64,000 bases of DNA, taken from the NCBI GenBank assembly GCA_965222615.1, contig CBDCUI010000009.1:384001-448000 (forward strand), read 5' to 3'. Source of the DNA: Gammaproteobacteria bacterium (GTDB lineage: Bacteria; Pseudomonadota; Gammaproteobacteria; UBA4575). The position numbers were made by a program, and so were the translations under genes. Positions 1-8,755 of this stretch are shown piece after piece. Numbering within the stretch: the stretch's first letter is position 1; each line of letters opens with the position of its first letter. The notes beneath the pieces are model-generated. The model searched no databases. It worked only from the letters and a program-made list of their open reading frames with translations, and was not told the DNA's origin.

Positions 1-24
1 TTCATGAATTCTTTATGTATGAAT

Positions 25-81
25 CACCTACTAGCAGACCGCCCAGCGTCTAAAGAGCGCAATTAAGAGGTTTTGTTGTGT
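25..81 (-). repeat. Degenerate attC candidate
   Basis: cacctac...gttgtgt boundaries upstream of an ATG at 3-5 (minus); pairing poor. Confidence 0.35.
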
Positions 82-264
82 GTTGCTATCCGCACGATTT
101 TGGAACTACTGCTTTAAGTGAAAGAATGTGCTCGACTTTCATTACTCCATCGTAGTCTGCAGCAAAACCATCCTGCAGTGCAGTACTTTTGTGCCCATTA
201 AAGCTAACATAAACTTCGTCGTATGGTTCAGTTGAATGTTTCTAAGGAATTGACTTTTCCATTA

Positions 265-337
265 GCTTAACATCCGCGCTCAACATAAAAGTACCCGCTA
301 TGCGGGCACTTTGTTCGGCTGCAATCCCTTGTTACAT
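265..337 (-). repeat. attC site
   Basis: gcttaac...gttacat with central gtacccgc/gcgggcac stem; overlaps stop of 332-973. Confidence 0.75.
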
Positions 338-973
338 TTTATTTGCAACTGCACAATACGAAATAAACGGTGTACCTTCTTTTTCCCTAATATGTGCACC
401 AGAAAATCCTGCCTCTGCAAGTAAATTAACAACATCATCACATGAATAAGAATTAAAAATATCTTCACTTAGATTGAGCGTACTCATTTGATTATCGTCT
501 CTAAAGCCAATAACAATTCTTCCGCCAGGTTTAATTACACGAAACATTTCGTTGAAATAATTTTCAGGACTATTCCAAAAATACAGAGTATTTGTTGAGC
601 ATAATTTATCAAACGCATTGTTCTCAAATGGGAGTGAACCACATTCTCCTTCATACAGGATCACTCTACCTGAAGAAATGTGCTTTTTATTTACTTTCTC
701 GGCTTGCTTCAACATAACCTGTGAAAAATCAATTGCTCTCACGAGTCCCTTAGTAGTTATGTTTGCCATTTCATGTATCAAATTTCCTGAACCGAAACCA
801 ATTTCCAAAACATTGTCTTCAGCTTGCAAATCAAGACATTTCTTAACGAAGGCGTTAAGGTCGGCATTGCCACTATTAAATATCTTGGTCATTACATAGC
901 GACCAATAATTCCTGATGGCTTTCTAGCCTGTAGGGACAAAACTCTAGATGGAATTAATTTCACTATAAACAT
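332..973 (-). CDS. Class I SAM-dependent methyltransferase (cassette)
   Basis: VLEIGFGSG motif I, LPFENNAFD, RVIKPGG. Confidence 0.9.
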   Translation of the reverse strand: MFIVKLIPSRVLSLQARKPSGIIGRYVMTKIFNSGNADLNAFVKKCLDLQAEDNVLEIGFGSGNLIHEMANITTKGLVRAIDFSQVMLKQAEKVNKKHISSGRVILYEGECGSLPFENNAFDKLCSTNTLYFWNSPENYFNEMFRVIKPGGRIVIGFRDDNQMSTLNLSEDIFNSYSCDDVVNLLAEAGFSGAHIREKEGTPFISYCAVANKM

Positions 974-987
974 GGCTCATTTAGTAA

Positions 988-1059
988 GCATTACACTCAA
1001 GCTCAGCCGCAGTTAAATTGCGTAATAGGTTAATCGTCCGCTTTAGCATCTTGTTAGGC
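988..1059 (-). repeat. attC site (degenerate core)
   Basis: gcattac...gttaggc; AAC changed to TAC. Confidence 0.6.
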
Positions 1060-1060
1060 G

Positions 1061-1297
1061 TCATTTGACTACAGCACAGTCTGCTTGCGCCAAACAACTC
1101 TTGAGCTAGCGTCAGATATATCGATTACATAAACTTCCAATTCCTCTTTGCGAAACTTGTCAGATTCCATTTCATAGTCTATCTTGAATCGCATGCGACA
1201 CATAACAGTCACTCCATATTTATGTACCGTGATCTCCGTGATGTCTAAGGCAAAAAACCGTAGCGAAAACTGCGTTTAGCAGAACATATTGGAGCAT
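1061..1297 (-). pseudogene. Frameshifted/truncated cassette remnant, possibly NTF2/DUF4440-like
   Basis: Open stretch LDITEITVHKYGVTVMCRMRFKIDYEMES...RVVWRKQTVL* ending at an attC; the upstream ATG is out of frame. Confidence 0.4.
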
Positions 1298-1456
1298 TTC
1301 TTTCTCCTTATTCTTAGTGTAGCTCTAGCAATAAATATAGCGGTCAGTTTGACCCACTCGAAGGAGCAATAGCTAGGAATAAGGAGCCTTTAGGCAAAAA
1401 ATTCCGCCACCTCTTTCCGTATTAGGCAGAAATATGTGTTATATCCTCGACAGCCT

Positions 1457-1738
1457 CTAACGAGAACCACCCATGACATAAAAGAAAAGAACTAGAAACG
1501 TTGAAAGGGCGAATCCTGGAATTGCTAGGACCACCCCAATTGAACCTAAGAGTTTACTCCCAGTGCGAAAGGCTATGACACCAAGAACGATTGCTAAGAT
1601 CGACACGAACATGGCAACTGGCTGTTCGGCTTCTGCCAGAATACTCGTAGAGGTAATGAAGCTCGGAAAAAATGAGAGAACCCCACTGAATAATGCAGTA
1701 ATTATGGAACAAATTGCTACAAAAAGACTTCTAGTCAT
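1457..1738 (-). CDS. Small multi-pass membrane protein (cassette)
   Basis: 93 aa, three hydrophobic segments, starts just after attC 1773-1845. Confidence 0.7.
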   Translation of the reverse strand: MTRSLFVAICSIITALFSGVLSFFPSFITSTSILAEAEQPVAMFVSILAIVLGVIAFRTGSKLLGSIGVVLAIPGFALSTFLVLFFYVMGGSR

Positions 1739-1772
1739 ATAAAAAGCAAAAAACTTATGGGAACAAACAGGG

Positions 1773-1845
1773 CTCTAACATTCTACATCAGCAACAGAGT
1801 GCGTGCGTAACAGACATCTTGTCCGACTGCATGTGCTTGTTAGGT
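1773..1845 (-). repeat. attC site
   Basis: ctctaac...gttaggt; right half gtccgactgcatgtgcttgttaggtg shared with attC 11015-11076. Confidence 0.8.
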
Positions 1846-1904
1846 GTTATTAAACTCATTACATATAAAACTCTAGACCTTGCATAGCACGAAACCATGC
1901 GAGC

Positions 1905-2756
1905 TTATTTCTGCGCTTTTGCGGCTGTTCTAAGTTGAAGTGCAATTTTATTTCCCTTCTTGGCAGGATGTCGAAGTGCGTGGCGGATGAGCCACTTCAT
2001 GCCATTAGATGAGTCTACCAACCACCGCTCGCAAATTTCAAACACCAAATCAGGATGATCTTTTGCTATATCTCCAAGGTGATTTGCAACACTACGACGC
2101 ACATAAAGGTTTCGATCGTCCTTTAAGGTTTCCAATATTGGTAGCACCGGGCTAGGATTCGCAATAAATGATGGAATTCGCATCGCCCATGGTAATCTTG
2201 GACGAGTACCTTCCGAGCAAAGTCTGCGAACATGAGGGTCTGGATCAGATGTCCATTTAAACAATCGCGTTAAAGTGCGTTCTTGTGTTTGAATTAAGAA
2301 TGGGCGTATAGAAAATTCCGCACTGAATCGTTTGGTAAGTTCATACTGTGCTCTCATAGAAATTTCAAACGGATCTTGTCCATTATTTTCCTCTAGGTTA
2401 AGCCCATACTCTGCAACAAAAGAAACATGTGGCAGATAGAAGAACACCTCCAAACCATTGTCTTCCGTATTCGATAATGGTGGTGTCAAAGATGCCAAAA
2501 GGATATCTATGGCAGTTTCATAGTTTTTCGGCAAGAATTGGTGAAGTGTTCTGGCAAGTTTCCGACCACGCTCTATGAGACCAAGTGGTTCTAAGCCATC
2601 CAGTGCATCCTCAGAAAACGACTTTCCATCAAACTCTGTATACACAAGTGAAATATTGCGTGCCAAACAATCAACTGCCTCTTGCCCAAGCAGGTACTTA
2701 AGAGGCTTTCCTTTTTGGATCGATTTCGGCGCATCGGGTATTCGCGGTACAGTCAT
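1905..2756 (-). CDS. alkC: AlkC-like HEAT-repeat DNA alkylation repair glycosylase (cassette)
   Basis: FSAEFSIRPF, RRLCSEGTRPRLPW, YVRRSVANHLGDIAKDHP motifs. Confidence 0.85.
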   Translation of the reverse strand: MTVPRIPDAPKSIQKGKPLKYLLGQEAVDCLARNISLVYTEFDGKSFSEDALDGLEPLGLIERGRKLARTLHQFLPKNYETAIDILLASLTPPLSNTEDNGLEVFFYLPHVSFVAEYGLNLEENNGQDPFEISMRAQYELTKRFSAEFSIRPFLIQTQERTLTRLFKWTSDPDPHVRRLCSEGTRPRLPWAMRIPSFIANPSPVLPILETLKDDRNLYVRRSVANHLGDIAKDHPDLVFEICERWLVDSSNGMKWLIRHALRHPAKKGNKIALQLRTAAKAQK

Positions 2757-2782
2757 TTATACAACTTATTTTCAGAAGATAG

Positions 2783-2872
2783 GGTCAACGGCTAAGCTAA
2801 GCGGCTATTGATTTTAGTGGTGAGAATTCCCCATCTAAATTCATCTTTTCAAGCTCGAACGTTTGGTTAGAA
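2783..2872 (-). repeat. attC site (degenerate relative of 10125/11443 type)
   Basis: ggtcaac...gttagaa, central gtggtgagaattccccat resembles gtggggaggattccccgc. Confidence 0.65.
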
Positions 2873-2976
2873 GGCGCATTCCATATCCCGTTATTGGCTA
2901 TGTTCAATCTAGGTTCCTACTTTCTCATTTTTTACCATTTTTTCGTTCATGCTTCCGGCAACTTTGGCACGCTCTC

Positions 2977-3057
2977 AACCTACACGCTTAACTTGATCTT
3001 TCCACCCTCGCTTAGCTTCATCGTCTAAGCACATCCGAGCTGAGTAATTTGTTAGGT
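2977..3057 (-). repeat. attC site (degenerate)
   Basis: aacctac...gttaggt with gcttag/ctaagc stem. Confidence 0.55.
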
Positions 3058-3294
3058 TTATTTAGTAAATTCATAAAATAGATTAATTAGAAAAATACTC
3101 ATTCCTAAAAACAAAATAAGATAAAAAGCCCAACCAAGATATTTACCTTTAGCTGGGAACATACCATCAGTTGGATTGCTAACTAATGGATAAAACCAAT
3201 GTTGTTTAGCTTCAGATTTTTTATCTGTTAATAAGCGGAAAACAACATATCCAATTATGACAAGACTCAAAATTCCCCAGACATAAATTATCAA
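3058..3294 (-). CDS. Small two-TM membrane protein (cassette)
   Basis: Bounded by complementary cores gttaggttt (3051) and aaacctaac (3309-3317). Confidence 0.65.
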   Translation of the reverse strand: MIIYVWGILSLVIIGYVVFRLLTDKKSEAKQHWFYPLVSNPTDGMFPAKGKYLGWAFYLILFLGMSIFLINLFYEFTK

Positions 3295-3310
3295 TATTAT
3301 AAATATGCAA

Positions 3311-3406
3311 ACCTAACACCCGCAATAGCGGCATTTGATGCGGACTCGACTTTGCTGCAGCAAAGGAGCAACCGAGTTATATGTCTGTTGCTTAAGCTGG
3401 TTAGAC
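3311..3406 (-). repeat. attC site
   Basis: acctaac...gttagac with actcg/cgagt and ctttgctgcagcaaag stems. Confidence 0.75.
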
Positions 3407-4033
3407 GACATGATACCAACTGTAACCGTGTGGCAAGGTAGGCGGTCCAAATAGAAAATGTAGGACTCGACGGGTACTGCTGTGCATAAGTTTTGTTGAT
3501 GCATGTTCCAATAGAGGTCGCATAACTAATGCGCCGCCTTTCTTCACAGGAATAGAAACTGCTTCAGCTCGCTTACTTTTCTTAGCATTTTGGTGAGAAC
3601 CAGGAACAACCTGCAAATCACCTTCGTTTGCTTCGTCTAGGCTGAGGCGTACCGCAATAAAGTCTTTCAATATTTCATGAGGAGGGCGAACGAATTCCAT
3701 TCCGTCTTTAGTACCCGATGCATCCCACCCATTACCACCTTTAGCTGGAATAACCCGATCTCGGTGGAGTCGAACGGCCCAATTTCTAGACTGCGATTTG
3801 ATGAAGGAGGTGCATTGAACAGCTACGTAATCGTTGAGTAGACCCTTAAGCTGTGAGCAACTGCGTAGTTGGACGGCCGTACGCTTAATTGTCTCATCAT
3901 CTAGCAAGTTTCGTGAGCCCGCGGACTTTTCATTAGCCACGGAGTCCATCAAAACATTGATATCACGGGGATCAAGAACCTGATCCACTACAACGAAGCC
4001 GTCTTGCTCAAACGTTTGTTTCACGTTGATCAC
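3401..4033 (-). CDS. Phytanoyl-CoA dioxygenase (PhyH) family 2OG-Fe(II) oxygenase (cassette)
   Basis: FEQDGFVVV, HRD facial-triad start, LQVVPGSH, LLEHAS; start moved to GTG downstream of attC. Confidence 0.85.
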   Translation of the reverse strand: MINVKQTFEQDGFVVVDQVLDPRDINVLMDSVANEKSAGSRNLLDDETIKRTAVQLRSCSQLKGLLNDYVAVQCTSFIKSQSRNWAVRLHRDRVIPAKGGNGWDASGTKDGMEFVRPPHEILKDFIAVRLSLDEANEGDLQVVPGSHQNAKKSKRAEAVSIPVKKGGALVMRPLLEHASTKLMHSSTRRVLHFLFGPPTLPHGYSWYHVV

Positions 4034-4036
4034 GCC

Positions 4037-4105
4037 ATCTAACGATAAGCTAAGGAGCAGCAAAAGTCAGGCTTTTGGCTGTCACGTTCAAGCACATTGT
4101 TAGCT
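4037..4105 (-). repeat. attC site
   Basis: atctaac...gttagct, central cagcaaaag/cttttggctg stem. Confidence 0.8.
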
Positions 4106-4516
4106 GTTGATACTTTGCTCACGTTCAAGCACCCAACATCTTTGGTTGTTCGTAAACCCAATATTTTCATAGTATTGATTGGCTGTTGGTGCAGCAATTA
4201 AAATCAATTTGCACTTTGCGCCTAGTTGCTTTTGAGTAATAGCCTGTAGCATTTTCCCAATACCACATTTTTGATATTTTTTATCAACTGCAAGGTCAGA
4301 AAGATAACAAGCATAGTGAAAGTCCGTCATGGAGCGCGCGATGCCTATGAGTTTTTCACCGTCCCAAGCTGTGACCATTAGATTGCTATTATTAACCATG
4401 CCTTCCATACACTCTCGATCTTCAATTGGCCTACGCTCTCCCAGAGTAGATTCACGCAACAAACCAATGAATTGATCAGCTGTGATAGGAGTGTTTACTT
4501 TATATTCGATACTCAT
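4100..4516 (-). CDS. GNAT family N-acetyltransferase (cassette)
   Basis: YLSDLAVDKKYQKCGIGK acetyl-CoA motif A; YYENIGF. Confidence 0.92.
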   Translation of the reverse strand: MSIEYKVNTPITADQFIGLLRESTLGERRPIEDRECMEGMVNNSNLMVTAWDGEKLIGIARSMTDFHYACYLSDLAVDKKYQKCGIGKMLQAITQKQLGAKCKLILIAAPTANQYYENIGFTNNQRCWVLEREQSINS

Positions 4517-4529
4517 GAATTCCTTTGGC

Positions 4530-4549
4530 AGTTAATGGTTTGGTTAGCC
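4530..4549 (-). repeat. Collapsed (about 20 bp) attC remnant
   Basis: Only cores remain: agttaat-ggtttg-gttagcc; gttagccac is complementary to gtggctaac at 5147-5155. Confidence 0.7.
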
Positions 4550-4553
4550 ACTT

Positions 4554-5141
4554 TCATTCGTCGGAAACTCTAGACATAAGAACAGAACTTAAGGCCGAAC
4601 TGATATCCTGATCAAGTGTTTTGATGCCCTTAATCACGAACTTCCCGCCATTTCGCCACAACGTTTGCGTACTCGCTAGGACCTCTGAAGTCTGGGGATT
4701 CAGGACCCTTACATCAATTAGCACCTCCGTACCTCCCTCAAGAATGGCAGGTAACCCAATAACGAACCGTGGACCTAACTCGTGAACCACAATAAGAAGT
4801 GCTCGTTCCGGCTCGGGTGCCGATTTGGACACCAGACGTAAGAGCTCCTCGTTCGATGGCGGCTGTTTCGCCCAAGACAAACGATGTATTCCTGTGACCG
4901 CAATGCAATCGGCACGATTCAGAAAATCTTGTATTCCTCGTAAGGCAGCGGCTTCACGAAGCTGGGGTTCTTTTTGGTCTGGACGCCATTGTGGGCCCCA
5001 ATAAACCAATGTGGATACCGCCGGCTTACCTGCATGGCACAGTGGCTCCTTCAGCAGTGTGCCGGTCGTTTCAACTTTGGTCGATGCACATCCCGTTAAG
5101 AATGCTAAGGAAATAATTGCGGCAGAAACTAAGGTATGCAT
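4554..5141 (-). CDS. Putative lipoprotein (cassette)
   Basis: Signal peptide with lipobox LTGC. Confidence 0.8.
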   Translation of the reverse strand: MHTLVSAAIISLAFLTGCASTKVETTGTLLKEPLCHAGKPAVSTLVYWGPQWRPDQKEPQLREAAALRGIQDFLNRADCIAVTGIHRLSWAKQPPSNEELLRLVSKSAPEPERALLIVVHELGPRFVIGLPAILEGGTEVLIDVRVLNPQTSEVLASTQTLWRNGGKFVIKGIKTLDQDISSALSSVLMSRVSDE

Positions 5142-5148
5142 TTGTTGT

Positions 5149-5211
5149 GGCTAACGGTTGAACTAACGGACTCGAGTGTAACGAGGCTCCGGATTGAGTG
5201 ACTTGCTAGCA
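5149..5211 (-). repeat. attC site
   Basis: ggctaac...gctagca (GTT to GCT); ctcg/cgag stem. Confidence 0.75.
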
Positions 5212-5217
5212 GTAATT

Positions 5218-5520
5218 CTAATCAAAAATCTTATTCCAGTTATGCAGAAAGTCACTTTTACTCTTAAACGCAGTAACATATGGCCAGTCTGGCGTTGATT
5301 CTTGAGACCATGTTAAGTGAACACAATATAATGGAAACTCTGTATCTTTAGTTGAAAATAAAACATCATCTCGATCATGCCGACGTGCAATAGCACAAAC
5401 TTCTTTGTTGAATAGAACATGGCCTTTACAAACTTCCCTACGTAATTCTTTATTCATGGGATCTGATTCATTTGCATTTAGTAGAGACCAACCTTCTGGC
5501 ATTTCATCTTCTGTAAACAT
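5218..5520 (-). CDS. Conserved hypothetical, possible polymorphic-toxin immunity protein (cassette)
   Basis: ELRREV..GHVL..AIARR.DRDDVLF..VHLTW pattern; 13-bp complementary cassette ends. Confidence 0.7.
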   Translation of the reverse strand: MFTEDEMPEGWSLLNANESDPMNKELRREVCKGHVLFNKEVCAIARRHDRDDVLFSTKDTEFPLYCVHLTWSQESTPDWPYVTAFKSKSDFLHNWNKIFD

Positions 5521-5529
5521 TTCAATTAC

Positions 5530-5589
5530 TGCTAACGGCTAAATCCAGATGCGCGCTTTCATGCGTCGGGCTGGGACACCTTGTTAGAT
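5530..5589 (-). repeat. attC site
   Basis: tgctaac...gttagat, gatgcg/tgcgtc stem, 60 bp. Confidence 0.8.
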
Positions 5590-6015
5590 TGAATTAAATA
5601 CTTCTTCAATTTTAATGTAGTCCTTTCTTAATACGCTGTTATTTAATAATTCGTTTCTACAGCCTTCAGAAATTAACTTCACTTCTTCTTTAAGTTCAGG
5701 ATATAAGTCATAAAATTGTTTTTCTGCTTTCATTACACTTAAAAGCAAATCTCCTTCATAGCAATCACCACTTACTAAAGGATTCGCCTCGAGAAGCTTG
5801 ATTGCCAAAGGAATTAAATACGGCAAAGATATATTTTGCCCTATCATTATTCTTAGATCCTCTGCATCAAATTTATTTAATGGCTTGTGTCGCAATTTAT
5901 GACAAGTTTCAACAAGTGAGGTCGTATTTTCCGCCTTTCCCCAATCATCATTTTCTAACTCTGTTAAAGTTCTATTAAAGTCGTGCTTTTTAAGCTTTTT
6001 GAATTTCTTGGGCAT
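5584..6015 (-). CDS. cdiI: Contact-dependent growth inhibition immunity protein (CdiI_3-like), orphan (cassette)
   Basis: LRHKPL..F..EDLRIMIGQNISLPYLIPLAI..LEANPLVSGDCYEGDLL signature. Confidence 0.85.
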   Translation of the reverse strand: MPKKFKKLKKHDFNRTLTELENDDWGKAENTTSLVETCHKLRHKPLNKFDAEDLRIMIGQNISLPYLIPLAIKLLEANPLVSGDCYEGDLLLSVMKAEKQFYDLYPELKEEVKLISEGCRNELLNNSVLRKDYIKIEEVFNSI

Positions 6016-6019
6016 ATCA

Positions 6020-6100
6020 ATCTAGTGCCCGCCGTAACCGGCGCAGTTGTAGTGAGCGCAGCGAACGAAAATTGCGTCCGAGTTGACGGCATTGTTAGCC
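6020..6100 (-). repeat. attC site (core degenerate)
   Basis: atctagt...gttagcc; gccgtaac/gttgacggc and gcgcagtt/aattgcgt stems. Confidence 0.8.
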
Positions 6101-6110
6101 GAGTAATATT

Positions 6111-6965
6111 TCATACCCGCTGTGCCACAACAGCAAACTCCGTACCTTGAGAATCAAACGGATGCCCCGCTACATCTCCCAATACTGACTCAACTGCCAA
6201 CCCGTGTTCCATAAGCTCTTTCTCTAAGCTTTCAGGTGAGTAGTACTTAAGCCAGTTATACACCTCACGTTTTCCTCTCTCTTCTACGATGGTGTACTTA
6301 TCCAGACTAACTACTTCCGTCTCGTATTTGAAGCTGGTAAGAAAACCGTAATATGATGAAGATGACCAAAATCCATTAAGCAAATTCTTTTCGAACAATA
6401 TCACCTCCTTCTTCTGCTCAAAAGCCAACTGAGAGTAAACATCAAAGACCAAACGCCCTTTGCTCGAAAGTGAATTAGAAAACTTGCGGAACATCACTGA
6501 CCGCTGCGGGGCACTCAGCGCACAAATATCACACATTATCATGATGATAAGGTCATACGTGCCTTCTGGTTCAAACTCTAGATAGTTCGCCTGGTGAAAT
6601 GAGATTTGTTGCCCTAATGATTCTGCCTGGCTATTTGCATATGTGACCGAAATTGGAGAAAAATCAACGCCCGTTACCTTTGCTCCGCAGGAAGCGATTC
6701 GAGAAGCATATAATCCTGGACCGCAGCCGTAATCTATGACCCTACTCTCCTTCGAAAGTCCGAAATGACCAACCATCCAATCAACTGACTCATTTATGAA
6801 AGTTTCTCGCCGCGATGAAACATCAATCTCTGGATTAAGGTGAAACGCCAACATTTGTTTTGATGTATGTGGATCAGTCCACAACGCTTTTGCGGTATAA
6901 ATCGAGAAAGGTTCTGGCTTCGCTACGATGTAAGCTAACTCGGTGTACAGATCAAATGGCTCCAT
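6111..6965 (-). CDS. Class I SAM-dependent methyltransferase (cassette)
   Basis: VIDYGCGPGLY, VTGVDFS motifs. Confidence 0.92.
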   Translation of the reverse strand: MEPFDLYTELAYIVAKPEPFSIYTAKALWTDPHTSKQMLAFHLNPEIDVSSRRETFINESVDWMVGHFGLSKESRVIDYGCGPGLYASRIASCGAKVTGVDFSPISVTYANSQAESLGQQISFHQANYLEFEPEGTYDLIIMIMCDICALSAPQRSVMFRKFSNSLSSKGRLVFDVYSQLAFEQKKEVILFEKNLLNGFWSSSSYYGFLTSFKYETEVVSLDKYTIVEERGKREVYNWLKYYSPESLEKELMEHGLAVESVLGDVAGHPFDSQGTEFAVVAQRV

Positions 6966-6996
6966 TACTAAATCATTCTCTGAAATTTGTATTCAC

Positions 6997-7074
6997 GGCT
7001 AATGTTGGAGATAACCGGCATTTGACGGCGCGAGCGTCGCGCGGTCAAGTGTCCGGCTGATTGACTTGTTAGGC
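6997..7074 (-). repeat. attC site
   Basis: ggctaat...gttaggc; ttgac.gcgcga/tcgcgc.gtcaa stem. Confidence 0.85.
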
Positions 7075-7081
7075 AATAGCA

Positions 7082-7579
7082 TCACTTGCCTCGTGGATCC
7101 GCAACTGTTCCCTTTAGTAAGATGATAAATATCATTGCATGTGTAACCAACAGAGCTGGTACGACAATTGCCGGGATGAAGAACGTGGCTCCAAGGTGGC
7201 CGTCTTCCGTGAACCGTAAACCTTGTGTTACGGCATTTATGAGGTCCAAGGTACCCTCGATGTTGAATATCCACACTATTGGGATAGAGGTGCGCCAATT
7301 GCCCCGCAACGAAAAAATCGCGACAAACGCGAGTAGTGCAGCCAGCAAATCTCCATACGCAGCTGGATTAGCGAAACGGGGATCGAGGGGTTCAGATGTG
7401 ACACCAGGTATTAAGAATGCGAGCCCGATAAAACGGAAGCAATGTAGAAAAATTAAAGGGATCAATGCTTGGGCAATATTGAGTCGCATTAAAGCAGGCC
7501 AAATGAACCACGCTGCTATTAGCCCATACGCGATAAGAGCGAGTAGGATGCAAACGGGTAGTATTAAGTCAATTGGCAT
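7082..7579 (-). CDS. Multi-pass membrane protein (cassette)
   Basis: LH.FRFIGL.FL.PG, PAAYGDL, WIFNI.G..DL; start reassigned to MPIDLILP after attC. Confidence 0.8.
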   Translation of the reverse strand: MPIDLILPVCILLALIAYGLIAAWFIWPALMRLNIAQALIPLIFLHCFRFIGLAFLIPGVTSEPLDPRFANPAAYGDLLAALLAFVAIFSLRGNWRTSIPIVWIFNIEGTLDLINAVTQGLRFTEDGHLGATFFIPAIVVPALLVTHAMIFIILLKGTVADPRGK

Positions 7580-7609
7580 ATCTAAATGGTACGGCCAAGG
7601 GTTGCTATT

Positions 7610-7683
7610 GCCTAATGGTTGAGCTAAGGGCCGCGCGTAAGCGCAGTCCCGTGCGAAACACATACTTGAGCGACTCGTTGGCA
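7610..7683 (-). repeat. attC site (near copy of 9475-9549)
   Basis: gcctaat ggttgagctaagggccgcg...tacttgagcgactc gttggca. Confidence 0.85.
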
Positions 7684-7684
7684 A

Positions 7685-8191
7685 TCATTTAATTTCTCTT
7701 ACTTCAATTGGTTTTATTACATTAACCATCTCATCTGCTAATACTTCTAATTTGACTTCAGTGTGAGAAAACTCGTAACTTGATAAAGAAATTAATAGAT
7801 TTTCTTTTATTTTATATAGCTCATCCACTTTGCCTCCTACGTAGTCAGTAAATAATACATGGGGCATTTCATTTAACCATGATGAATAAGCTTTAGGGTG
7901 CTTTTGGAACCACGATAGCGTCAACTTGGTGTGATGAATTAATGAAAGAGCAATTAGATCAGAAACTTCTATGCCAATTGCTCCGTCTTTGAAACGCCAA
8001 ATATTGCCCAAGGTGTTAATTAGCGGGACCACCTCCTCTGTTGTTCCGGATTGGAGCGCATTAGCGATTTCATGATAATTATTTAGTAACCATTCAAAGT
8101 TTGCTTCAATCAATAGTGGTCCCTGTGCGCTAACTAAGGGTGAAAATAGCACTAAGAGAGAAATTAAAATTGATGTGCGTAAACTTTTCAC
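7685..8191 (-). CDS. Secreted hypothetical protein (cassette)
   Basis: Signal peptide ending VSA-Q; GTG start. Confidence 0.7.
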   Translation of the reverse strand: MKSLRTSILISLLVLFSPLVSAQGPLLIEANFEWLLNNYHEIANALQSGTTEEVVPLINTLGNIWRFKDGAIGIEVSDLIALSLIHHTKLTLSWFQKHPKAYSSWLNEMPHVLFTDYVGGKVDELYKIKENLLISLSSYEFSHTEVKLEVLADEMVNVIKPIEVREIK

Positions 8192-8195
8192 TGAT

Positions 8196-8264
8196 TGCAA
8201 ATGATTGAGCTAACAGGCGCTGAGTGCATCCGTGCGAAGCGTCCAGTTGAGTGATTTGTTATAA
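8196..8264 (-). repeat. attC site
   Basis: tgcaaat...gttataa; ggcgct/agcgtcc stem. Confidence 0.75.
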
Positions 8265-8684
8265 GGCTTTTTCAATGATTGTATAAACCCCTATATTTGG
8301 AAACGTAAGCGTAAATTCATGTGTTTTGTTACTGAACGAATGTGTTGCGACCAACAAATAACTCTGACATGGAGGTTGATCTTGGCATAAAGGAGAAGAG
8401 AATGAATAATAATCATTATTTAATTCTTTAATGGGCACTTCGGATAGTATTTTACTATCAGAGACGCCGTCATAATGGTATGTAATCCACTGCACAAATA
8501 ATTTGCTTGTTACATGTTCAGACCCATATCTTTTGGTAATAAAACGTAAATATCCATCTTTTTTACCAAGCTTCCAATAACCTCCAGAATACACATGACT
8601 AAGACTAGTCTCGTAGCTGTTCTCTATGTCTGCTTCGCAGATGTATGACAAGAACAGCAATGAAAAAACAAATATGATTTTCAT
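8259..8684 (-). CDS. Secreted hypothetical protein (cassette)
   Basis: MKIIFVFSLL signal peptide; V.SGG.W....GYLRF...GSEHV.SKLFVQWI pattern. Confidence 0.75.
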   Translation of the reverse strand: MKIIFVFSLLFLSYICEADIENSYETSLSHVYSGGYWKLGKKDGYLRFITKRYGSEHVTSKLFVQWITYHYDGVSDSKILSEVPIKELNNDYYSFSSPLCQDQPPCQSYLLVATHSFSNKTHEFTLTFPNIGVYTIIEKAL

Positions 8685-8688
8685 AACC

Positions 8689-8745
8689 TTATAACGACAA
8701 AGCCAAGCGGAGGCGAAGCCATCTGACTTGGCCGCATTGTTATGC
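8689..8745 (-). repeat. attC site (short, 57 bp)
   Basis: ttataac...gttatgc; gccaag/cttggc, ggc gaa gcc. Confidence 0.85.
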
Positions 8746-8755
8746 ACCAAAGATC

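Noticed and set aside
7086-7622. 178-aa plus-strand ORF
   Set aside because: Antisense shadow of a membrane-protein cassette with no recognisable motif
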